This document shows, one piece after another, positions 9,639-19,989 of a stretch of DNA of 21,063 bases. Both the position numbers and the translations under genes were made by a program. Numbering within the stretch: the first letter of the stretch is position 1; every line of letters begins with the position of its first letter. The DNA comes from Azolla caroliniana (taxonomy: Eukaryota; Plantae; Polypodiophyta). Under the pieces are notes generated by a model, which saw only the letters and a program-made list of their open reading frames with translations, had not been told where the DNA came from and searched no databases. Location of the stretch: contig JBHGNT010000546.1 in assembly GCA_043228905.1 (NCBI GenBank), forward strand, positions 1 to 21,063, given 5' to 3'.

Positions 9639-12600
9639 ATGGCGTTGGCGTTAGGGTTAGGGTTGCGTCGACAGACACAGAGGAATCTTCTCCTCCTCCT
9701 TCGTCAATACCATCAGCGTCCCCAGCAATCCAGCTCCTTCTCTTCTTCAGCCCTCGCCGTCTCCGACGATCTCTTCACTCGCCATAACTCTGCGATCCCA
9801 ACGACCTTCGATCACTCCTCCGTGCTCTCGACGCCTCTGACGAAGATCACCGTACTCCCTAACGGCCTCCGAGTGGCCACAGAATCGAACCTCTCGCTTC
9901 AAACCGCCTCCCTCGGAGTATGGATCGATGCTGGGAGTAGATACGAGACGCTAAAAACGAATGGAACTGCTCATTTCCTTGAGCACATGATCTTCAAAGG
10001 AACAAAGAATCGCAGTATGCAGAAGCTCGAGGAGAGTATTGAGAACATTGGTGCTCATCTCAATGCCTATACTTCTCGTGAACAGACCACTTACTACGCC
10101 AAAATTATGAAAGATGATGTACCCTTTGCCATGGAGCTTCTCTCGGATATACTGCAGGAATCATCTTTCTCCAAGGAGAGAGTTGAGCGAGAGAGGAGCG
10201 TGATCCTCAGAGAAATGCAAGAGGTATGATGTATTCCAATGGGAAAGTATTAGGAGAAAGGATAAAAAATGTTTCTTTCTTTATAGATGGATGTTATTGT
10301 TTTGCCCAGTTATCTATTTGACCTCCTTTCAATGAGACTTGTTCTGTCGTGAATGTTTTTTTCATTCACTGTCATGTGCTTTGATTTGTTGTTAGAGAAA
10401 CATTAATTGTGATTGATTTTTGAAAAAACAAAATGTATCTTGTTTTGATATTGATGATTTACTGATCCGATTTTGTTCTATGAAAGGTTGTTGGGATTGT
10501 TTTATATTTGTTTCCCCAAAGGATTGCTCTTATTAGGTGATGCAATTCGACATGTTTCTTATCCTTGATGCGTTTCTGGTTTCTTTCTGAATGATTCGTG
10601 GTCCAAAATAGATCTCTCATCTGTTCATCTGTTTTGATCTCCTGTAGTCCATAACATTTGTCACGTCCTCCATATATTCTGATTCATGTGAATAATTCTC
10701 TCATGTGCCATGTGCATAAACTCGTTGTGACTACGCTCTCATCTGTCGTGTGCTTTGCTTTTTTGTTGTGCCAAAATGATTGCTTCCTTACTTTTCGTCT
10801 AGCATGTCATGTACTGATTTGACTTGTTTCGTATGTGATATCTGCTTTGATTTATTTTAAAAAAGAAATCTGCTTTTTTGTTGCTTGATGGTGCATAGAA
10901 AAACTTAATTTATTTGACAAATATAAACACTTGCTAGCCAGATATACGCCAGCTATACTAGTGGTATTTTCGAAATTTTTGTACATGTTTATTTGTGGGA
11001 AATCTGGTTTTATGTGGAGATATATATCTAAATTTTTTTACTGGAATGCTAGTTTTTGGGCTTTCTTTTCAAAAGATTTTGTTCTTATGCAACGTTTTAT
11101 GATGTTAAGAAACCCATTTTTATATGCTTTTTTGTGCCAAATGCTGTAGTTATTGGTACTAACGAGAAAGGCTTATGCATGCACTATTTGCAATGATTCC
11201 TGTATATATATGTCAACAAATGCAGGTTGAAGGGCAAGTGGAGGAGGTGATATTTGATCATTTGCATGCCACTGCTTTTCAACACACGTCTCTCGGACGA
11301 ACTATCCTTGGACCTGCAGAAAATGTGAGATCTATAACTGTGGAGAACCTGGTCGATTACATATCAACCCATTACACTGCCCCACGAATGGTAATAAGTC
11401 ATTTCTAATCATGCTCATCCTCTGTTTATAATGTGTTGCTACTTCTTGCAAAGGCTTATTCATCATAAAGCTAGCTTCATTAAGCACCCATTTATGGCTA
11501 GCATTAGCATATGAACAAACCAAATTAGTGCTCAGTCATGTTTTTTTCCCAGGATGTAGTTGCTTATATATCTGTGTTTAAATTCTGCTCATCTTGTTAA
11601 CAATTCCTCGTGAAAAGTAATTTGGTACTAATAAGCTTTGCATAGAAATGAGCAGTAGTTTGATACTATCAAATTTTGGATGAGCGTTTCATAAATTGTC
11701 ATAATAGTAGGGTATCTATGAAATTTTCCCATATATCTTCCATGCCAAGTGCTTATATGAAACAACACCATGAACTGTGCTATGCATTGAATTCAAGACT
11801 TGTGTGAATAACATGTGGGTAAATTTATAGAACTGTGATTCTACAGGTCATTGCTGGGGCAGGTGCTCTGGAGCATAAGCAAATCGTTGAGCTTTCTGGG
11901 AAATTGTTCACCAAATTGTCTTCAAATAACATCACAGCTGCACAGCTCATTGAGAAAGATCCTGCACATTTCACTGGTTCAGAGGTTTGTGTTGAAAACT
12001 TGCTGGTTCAAATGTAATTAGTTCCTGTGCATTCACATTTCAATGTAATTAGTTCCTGTGCATTCGCTGGTTCAGAGGTTTGTAGCAGAATTTTGATATT
12101 GCAGATAGAAGAATGGGTCATTGAAATTTCAATATGAATATTGTGTTAACGTCAATGCTTCATGTAATTGATTTTCTATATCAAGCATTGCTTAATTGTT
12201 CAATCTTTATGTTTTGCGGATTTCAGTGGTAGATGTATATCTTACATAGAAGAATGATGGTAGATGTTTACCTCACATAGAACAATAATTTAATCATCAG
12301 TATCTTTTTATTTCACTGACTTTTGTGCTTGATTTGCTTAAACTTGGTGTGCCAAACAGAATGATTGTATAAATTGCTGTTTTTAGCCAATTTCAATAAA
12401 TTTTGGCATTTTAAACTCTCTAATTTATATAGTTAAAGTCGGTACTCTGAATTGAAGAATAATCTTTATGTTTTTCTTATCTATAAATGTGACTTTCGTA
12501 GGTTCGTATTAGAGATGATGATATGCCTCTGGCGTATTTTGCCATTGCTGTTATGGGAGCTCCATGGACAGATCCAGATTCAATTGCTCTCATGGTCATG

Positions 12601-13937
12601 CAAACTATGCTAGGAGGTTGGAACAAGGCTGCAGGGGCAGGGAAACACATGGGGTAAATAATAGCATCTTTGTTTATGGGGCTTTCAAATTTCTGTAAAA
12701 AAATAGAGCTGTTCTCTAACTTTGTTTTAATAAATAATTATGCAGATCTGAACTTGCGCAGAAAGTTTCAGCAAATGATTTGGCAGAAAGTTTCATGGCT
12801 TTCAACACTAACTACAATGATGCTGGACTTTTTGGTGTCTATGCTGTAGCTAAGGTGTGCTACCTCTAGTGAATGATTGCAATTATTTGCATTTCCCCTA
12901 TCATTTTTAAGAGCCAAGTTGTTTTCATCTTAAATATATTTGATCTCTTTTAAGTCCATTTTCGTTCATCCTTCAAGTTTGATGTATTTTTCACATTCCA
13001 GCCAGATAAATTGGATGATCTCTCTTGGGCTGTTATGCACGAGTTTGGAAGACTCATATACAGAGTATCTGAGGAGGATGTGATTCGAGCAAAAAATCAG
13101 GTAACTAGCAGTAACATATGGTGATGACTTTTTTTTCATTATTGGTTTAGTTTTATTGGGATGTATTTGATCATTTGAATGCTTGTTCTGTTAATAAAGG
13201 CATATATGCAAGTGTGAAATGTTTGTGTAATAACCAGTCATAAAAAATGCATTATGTAATCATATTCCAGTTTAATATTGATTTTCAATGCTCTTTTCTT
13301 GCGTATGCAAACCTTAGGTCATGTAATCCTGAAATTGATCATTATTTGTGCAGTTGAAATCCTGTTTACTACTACATTTGGATGGTACAAGTGCAATTGC
13401 AGAAGACATTGGACGTCAGGTATATCGTTTGACATATAATGAACTTCCTGTGGTGGTTAAGGAATGCTCTACAGAATTTTGTTGGCCATTCTTAACTTGT
13501 TATTGGCCTCAAATCGTTTTTTTCCTTGTTTTACTTCAAACAGTTGCTGACATATGGTCGTAGATTGCCATTGGCTGAGTTGTTTGCGAGAATAGATGCA
13601 GTTGATGCTGCCACTGTGAAGAGGGTTGGTAATCGCTTCATTTATGACAAGGTACTGTCCTGAGAAAGAGATCTCAATACCGAGAAATCAAAATTATACT
13701 AGATGCATATCACAATTTGTGTGAAAACTTTACCTTCATGATAGATATTGAGTGACAAGAGAGGGATCTGATGCATACTACAATCATGTTAAACTTTACC
13801 TTAGGAATTGAATTTCAGAGCTTTAAACATGATGCCTCTGTATTTTCCAGGAGGTAGCGATTGCTGCTATGGGTCCTACCCAAAACCTCCCTGACTACAA
13901 TTGGTTCCGCCGCCGCACCTACTGGCTTAGATATTGA
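9639..13937 (+). CDS. MPPB: Mitochondrial processing peptidase beta subunit (peptidase M16B; also Core I of cytochrome bc1 in plants), 9 exons, 502 aa
   Basis: Exons: 9639-10223, 11226-11390, 11847-11984, 12502-12653, 12746-12854, 13002-13100, 13354-13419, 13544-13651, 13851-13937 (1509 nt, TGA at 13935-13937). The N-terminus is an Arg/Leu/Ser-rich presequence ([24 protein letters not shown]). It has [21 protein letters not shown], the inverted zinc motif [18 protein letters not shown] and [11 protein letters not shown]. The C-terminus is the typical plant [16 protein letters not shown]. Confidence 0.97.
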
Positions 13938-14257
13938 GTCATTTGCACTTCTAGCCAAATGACATTGTTTTGTGAGGTATTTGGAACTTTGCATTATAAG
14001 ACGGCTCTATCTATCTAGATATCTATACATTGATATGGAATGTATTCAAGGCTCGTGTCACATGGATGTCTTCTAATTTAATGGCAGATCGTACTGATAT
14101 CCCCTCAATAATGAGCAAAAAAATTCCTTGGGAGAGGCATTGTTTCAATAGATGAAAAACTTGTGCTAAATCCCTAAACTCAATTGGCAAGAAGCAGATA
14201 AGGAGGCTTTGCTTGCTGATAAATGTGTATTGTTTTCTTCTTATTGGCAAGTGAAGG

Positions 14258-14440
14258 GAAGTTTTTGGATTGAGATTTATTTATCTCTTACTTGGTGCAT
14301 ACAATAAAAATCTATTTTACTTGTTTCAGAATGAGATTTTTCCACCCTAGAGAAGTTTTTGGATTGAGTTGGATTTAACTTCTGGCTTGGTACTTACAGT
14401 AATAATAATTTTCTCTTTTATTCCAAAATGAGAATTTTTT
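14258..14440. repeat. Older 94-bp-period duplication downstream of MPP-beta
   Basis: GAAGTTTTTGGATTGAG...CTTGGT...AATGAGA(T/A)TTTT occurs at 14258 and 14352. Confidence 0.7.
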
Positions 14441-14554
14441 GTAACTCAATAATTGAAACATGAAATGTGATTAGTAAGAATTATGTGTTCTGACAAAACA
14501 TATGTTTCCAAGGCTAAGAATGAGGTAATTGCATATCTTGCGTTAGTTTGAGGA

Positions 14555-14768
14555 AATCATGACTTAGTAGATTGCTAACTTATTGGCTCATTTGCACTGA
14601 AGCAATAATCATTTCATTCAAGTTACTGGGACTGGGTATAACTAATTTCTAGATCACTTTTAATCATGACTTAGTAGATTGCTAACTTATTGGCTCATTT
14701 GCACTGAAGCAATAATCATTTCATTCAAGGTACTGGGGCTGGGTATAACTAATTTCTAGATCACTTTT
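14555..14768. repeat. Near-perfect 107-bp tandem duplication
   Basis: 14555-14661 and 14662-14768 (AATCATGACTTAGTAG...GATCACTTTT) differ at two positions. Confidence 0.95.
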
Positions 14769-15911
14769 ACAGCTACGTGTTTGACCAAAATGATTATAAG
14801 CTCAAAAAATCTGTTAAAGTGCATAAATTGTTCTTTCTGCATAATAGTTATTTATAATGAGGTGAAAGAGATTCATTTTAGCTCAAGTTTTCACTGGGAG
14901 TTGACAAAGTTAGCAAGGTATTTCAGATTCGTTATGGTGTTCTAGGTTAGATACACCACCATTGTTTTGTTATTTGTTTTTTTGCCTGATACCGTTTGTC
15001 ACATAGTTTTCTTCCTGTAAATATACATGGGACTTCCTAACAAGCCAGAATACTCTACATTTCAGGTACTTTTGTAATTGATCAAAAGAACAAAGGGTGT
15101 TCTAGTAATTTGAAAAAGGAAAATAGATATGAAATAACCTAGTGGATTTCCGTATCACCTGAAAGGCCCTTGAAATTTTGCTATTTCTCCAAATGCCTCA
15201 AGAGGAAAATGTGATGAATTATGTGATGAATTAACAATCGGAATTGCTCAGAAAGCATGAGAAAAATGGGAGTAAATTGGTGGTAGACCATGTTGTTGAG
15301 GCAAAGGAGGGGTATGTGGGGAAATAAGGTAACAAAAGGGTCTGAACAATCCATACTGTAAGAGCATATGCTTGAACAAGAGAGTAATGGAAGATGATAA
15401 TGCACCTAGGTAGGGGTAACAAAAAATGGGGGGAATGATGGGGAATTGTTACAAAAGTTAGGGATACGGTGGCAAATTGTTGTTTTGCCTTAAAATGTAG
15501 ATAGAAATTTAAATGGAGAAAACCTCTTTGTTGGCTTGTTGGGAAGGAATTGGGGTGGGGATAGATATGGAAACACCAATTCCACATGGATTAGGAACCC
15601 GATGGTCAAGACAAGGGGGTGCCATTTTTTGGGGAAATATAGAGAAATCTCAGGGGTGTTGGAAGACAGGCAATAAAATCCGACACTAATGATGATATGG
15701 TCGATTCCTTTTATTTTTTTGGGTCCAGCAAAAGGCAAATGGAGGAGATGGTGAAGAAGAAAGGAAAGTTAGATGTGTTGGTGATGGATGGGCGTAAGGG
15801 CCATCTGAGCTCAATCAAAAGGAGCAAAGAAAATGGTGAAAGCTTCTCTCTGGTAGTAGTACTAAGTAGTACTAAGTAGTATTAGCTATAAGCTATAGAA
15901 GCTTAGTTAGA

Positions 15912-16165
15912 GAGGGGTATTTTGGTAATTAGCTGCAAAAGCCAATCAGGGGTATTTTGGTAATTTACATATTTGCCTCCTTCTCTAGAATTTGAGGTAA
16001 AAGGATAACTCTCTGTTTCTCTGTTTCTCTGTATCTATGTCTCTGTGTCTCTGTGTTGTGGGTTTTGTTGGCTAAGGTTCCTCCTCTTTCATTCCTTTCC
16101 CCCGAGACAAGCCTCTGTTTTTCTTGTGTTGTGCCCCTCCTCCTCCTCCTCCTCCTCCTCCTACC
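15912..16165 (+). promoter_or_regulatory. PSRP3 proximal promoter/5' UTR: duplicated GGGGTATTTTGGTAATT around a CCAAT box, CT-rich tracts and (CCT)n
   Basis: AGGGGTATTTTGGTAATT occurs at about 15913 and 15947, with AGCCAATCAG between them (15940-15949). TCTCTG repeats lie at 16009-16053 and (CCT)9 at about 16136-16162, just before the ATG. Confidence 0.45.
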
Positions 16166-17733
16166 ATGGCCTGCTCTGTGGCTACTTTCCCTGTGTTTAC
16201 TGACAGAGGAGCAGAAATCTCCCTTAGAAGGAGATGTCTCCCCTTCCCCATGCCGAAGAGCAGAAGCTTTTCCCTCTCCGTCTCAGCACAAGCATCGGCA
16301 GAAGCATCCGTTACGGAAAAGCTCGAGATCTCTTCCCCACCTTCTTCTTCGTCTCCCTCAACACGCCCAAAGGTTAGTATGGGCCAAAGATCCTGCTTGT
16401 AGGGATTCATTTTCGTGAGAATTTATGTATACAATAAGATAATGTAATTTCTTTTTTTCTGCTTCATTTACAGCTTGTTTCACAGAATGTATACATTTTC
16501 TTATTTTTTGTTTCGATCAACACTGGGTTTTTAGATTAGGGTTTCTTTCGTTACAATGAAAACATGTGCTCTCATACTCTATTAAGTGGGAGTTTTTCCC
16601 AGTAATTCCTATAGATGTCTCTGCTATTTCCTCAAATGCTCTTTTCCAAAAGCTCCTCTCTAATTGTGATTATGACATGATCAATTCATCCTCTCGCTCA
16701 CACAGCTACACGTACTGTTTGAGCTCTGATATGGCCAAATCCTTCTCTGGGAATAGAGAATTTTTAGAGTAAAAATAGTGAAAACTTAGGGCCATTTGGG
16801 AAAATAAAGCAGCATTTTGGGCAATAGCGAAAACGTAGTAGTTATGGGCATTTATGGAAATAATGGAAACCTAGGGGCAATGGCAGGAAATAACGGAACA
16901 TGACAAAGGAAATTCTTCAAGGTGATCACCAAATAATTTAGTAGCAACGACAGAGGAGTCTGTTTCATAGTTATGGTATACTTCCATGCTATGTTAGAAT
17001 TCGTCATAGATTGCATAGAAGCTACTTAAAGAAGGATTCAACCTCCGTATATATTTAAGTATCAATATGATCTTACACATAAATGCATTTAGAACCTTGA
17101 TTTATTTGAATTGGAGGTTAGTGTATGATACATATAGGGACAAACTCCTAAATTGCCAGTCTTGGAGAAAGAAAGAAAATATAGATCGATTCGAGTAAAT
17201 AAAAGACTACATTTATTTGTCAATATATATATATATATATATATATGAATATTTTTTGAGACTGCATTTCTTTGCTTCTTCCTAGATTCTCTTTTCTCGT
17301 TTCGGTGATAATCTGGCAATCTGCATGGTATCATATAGAGAGAGAATCTGGTCACACTAATGTGGCTTGTAGTTTAGGAGAAGTAATTTGTGGTGTAACA
17401 AAGATGTGTGGAAGTATATAAGGATTTGAACTCACTGGCCTTGTGTTTTATTTTCTTTGGAGATAGAAATCTAAGGTACCATCCAAAAAGCAGCAAGTCA
17501 TGTTGCGGTTTGTGTGGATGGACAAAAACATTGGGATTGCAGTGGATCATGTCGTACCTGGCCATGGCACAGTCCCCTTGAGCCCTTATTACTTCTGGCC
17601 TCGGAAAGATGCGTGGGAAGAGATCAAAACAGTCCTTGAGAGCAAGAAATGGATATCGAGAAAGCAAACCATATTGCTTCTAAATCAAGCCACAGATGTA
17701 ATCAATCTTTGGCAACAAAATGCCACCGGCTGA
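16166..17733 (+). CDS. PSRP3: Plastid-specific 30S ribosomal protein 3 (PSRP3 / Ycf65 family), 2 exons, about 157 aa
   Basis: Exon 1 (16166-16372) has an ATG in ccATGg context and encodes a Ser/Arg-rich transit-peptide-like sequence [11 protein letters not shown]...STRPK, ending at donor AAG|GTTAGT. Exon 2 (17467-17733) follows a T-rich tract and TAG acceptor and encodes [42 protein letters not shown]...[23 protein letters not shown], the Ycf65/PSRP3 signature. Exon 1 boundaries rest on splice consensus and frame only. Confidence 0.93.
17223..17246. repeat. (AT)12 microsatellite in the PSRP3 intron
   Basis: Seen directly. Confidence 0.9.
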
Positions 17734-18659
17734 TTCCTGTATTGTATTATTTTGGTCAAGCATTAGTGCTCGATGCATAGGAGGTGGTCTAGGCGAGCCA
17801 TTTTTTCTTTAATGAACTCATGTTTCAAGTGTGGAAAATGTGTGTACACTGGAGCATTCATACTCATTGTAGATCATGCATAATCAATGGATGCTTGTCA
17901 TTCAAGTAAATCAAAAGAAATCAATTCTTATGTTTGTGAATGCAGTATTAACTGATTACTCGTAAATAAAACTTTGTAAATGTTATTCGCATTTGTGAGA
18001 GAAGTTTTACGTGGGAATTAGCTTTGGTTATGCATTTTGATTTTAGGCTAAGTAATAATATTGCCAAATCATATGATTAGGCCATGTGATCAATGTTAGC
18101 ACTTTGGTATGCATACAACCTAATATTAAAACGTGTTCCTGGGCACAAGGATATATTTCTTTTACAATTGCCAAGGTGGTCTCTATGGACACTATTTCGT
18201 TTGCTTGCTTACTCATAAATGAGGACAAATATTTAGAGGGACAACTGTTGATGGAGACAATATCCTTCAAATATGCATTTACTCAATGTCACCACTTTCC
18301 TGAAAATAGCATTGGCCTTCTCTTTTTACTTAATTTGCTTGGTGAGTTCCCCTCTCTTATTTTAGTTAGACACTTTGTGATGGGCTAAAATAACTTGTAG
18401 AAGACAATGCTTCAAACTACCAAATTAATTATATTAATCCTCAATATTAGGCCCAATACAAGGTAAAAATGCTACGATGTATCCAATCAAATCTCACTAC
18501 CCTGATGTAATGAGCCTTGACACTTGGAGAGCCTTAACACTTCATCGAACTTTCTCACACAAGCTAAGCATTGATGTAATGTCATGGTATCAACACACAT
18601 ATATGCAAGATGATACATTGATTTGGTCCTATAGGTCAAATTTGGCCTCATCATAGACA

Positions 18660-18840
18660 ATAAAACATCTATTCTATTCTATTCACGTATATATATATAT
18701 ATATCTTAGGGTGGAAACATCTCAATTTCTACTTACAAAGATAATAAAAATGTTTGATAAAACATCTATTCTATTCTATTCACTGATATCTATATATTTA
18801 TCTATCTCTCTTAGGGTGGCAACATCCTGAATGCTACTTT
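18660..18840. repeat. 97-bp-period tandem duplication containing a (TA)n tract
   Basis: ATAAAACATCTATTCTATTCTATTCAC...CTTAGGGTGG(A/C)AACATC occurs at 18660 and 18757. Confidence 0.85.
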
Positions 18841-19325
18841 GAAAGATATTGAAAATGTCCCAAGGCAATTTCTTACAAAGTTGCTCCAAGTCAAGCAAAA
18901 AATGCCATACACCCTCCTTGGGACATGATTACTTTCGATTGAGATCATGTTTAAGATTTAAAAAACTCCCTCACAATTATTTCCTAGGTTTGCATAGGAG
19001 GAAATCAAGAAGATTCAAAATTTCGTGTTTCAGTTGGATGATGCAAGATATGAAAAATGGATTGAATGAGGCCTTTTTACAATGTGAGTATATCGGGACA
19101 TGGAAAAATGTGGAGGCTCATGCTTCACACAATATATGACATATGTTACACCTAATTACGGAACAAAATTCTTCGTTGAACCAGGAAACTACACACATTG
19201 ACATATGTCAAAACCCATATTATATGCCATCCAATCCATTGCTTCCATATGACTTGGTTCACACTCGCTTCAATGTGAGAAAGGACGTTAGGGTGATGAG
19301 AATAGTCGATTATCAACATTTCGAT
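18815..19325 (+). mobile_element. Degenerate non-LTR retrotransposon (LINE, RTE-X-like) ORF2 3' fragment
   Basis: Frames give GGNILNATLKDIENVPRQFLTKLLQVKQKMPYTLLGT*LLSIEIM, KTPSQLFPRFA*EEIKKIQ and IASI*LGSHSLQCEKGR*GDENSRLSTF. These resemble the post-RT region and the R-x-S-S-H-x-L-x-x-E-x-G-R-W motif before the C-terminal Cys knuckle of LINE ORF2. Many stops and frameshifts. The clade assignment is from memory. Confidence 0.65.
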
Positions 19326-19989
19326 AGAGAGATATGACGGCATGGTCAGTTTGCTCAAATACCAATTGGGCATGTTGTGTGAAGAGAGAAAAAGTAGAGA
19401 AAACTCTATAGAAAATGGAGAGGAAACCCTAACCATTAAAAGTTCCTATTTAGTTGTGTAAGATTTGGGACAAATTCTTATTGATAAGTAACATTTAGGT
19501 CATTTGGGCACGTTCACACATGACGAATGTTCAAAATTTATAAAGATAATATAACAATATTGGATGGCATCACTCAATTCAAGGGGATTCAGACGAAGCA
19601 AAAATCACAAGGTCAAAGTTTCTACTGAAACGGGGTGGTTCTCCCATGATGGTCAAATCTTTGATAGGGCCTAAGTAGAACTATCAGCCGACGACTCCCA
19701 ATATTGTAAATGGGATATAAATATGTATGTATAGGTGGGGCACAGGTAAGTTATCATAGTTGTATTACTCGGATAGCTTTGTTGTAAAAGAGTATGGTTG
19801 GATAAGTAGGGGAGGGAATTATTTCAAGGTTTGTAGGAGGAAGGGAAGCATGAGTTTTGCTGGTTTCGGAGTTGTTCCTCAGTGTTGTATATATCGATTC
19901 CACTAAGTCCTTGGGGCCCTTATCCCCAACAACATCCTACGTAAAGGACCAAGGAGGCGCCTTTAAGTGAAGTAACTCCACCATCTGTA

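Noticed and set aside
9651-9664. TTAGGGTTAGGGTT telomere-like repeat
   Set aside because: Only two units, encoding LGLGL in the MPP-beta presequence; probably coincidental.
15181-15879. Purine-rich stretch with short ORFs and an RNLRGVG string resembling a LINE endonuclease start
   Set aside because: A single weak motif with no supporting downstream motifs; it may be a decayed TE but I cannot support that.
16053-16418. Overlapping 121-aa (+) and 112-aa (-) ORFs
   Set aside because: These are alternative frames of the GC-rich PSRP3 exon 1 and the (CCT)n tract. Only the 16166 frame splices in frame to the Ycf65 domain.
456-17733. Idea that FAD synthase, MPP-beta and PSRP3 form a functional gene cluster or novel system
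   Set aside because: They are unrelated housekeeping genes for different compartments, each with its own upstream region and separated by TE debris. Co-orientation of three genes is unremarkable.
18043-18388. 75-aa (-) and 100-aa (+) ORFs downstream of PSRP3
   Set aside because: No clear homology or splice structure; only a faint resemblance to a LINE endonuclease (VLILGC).
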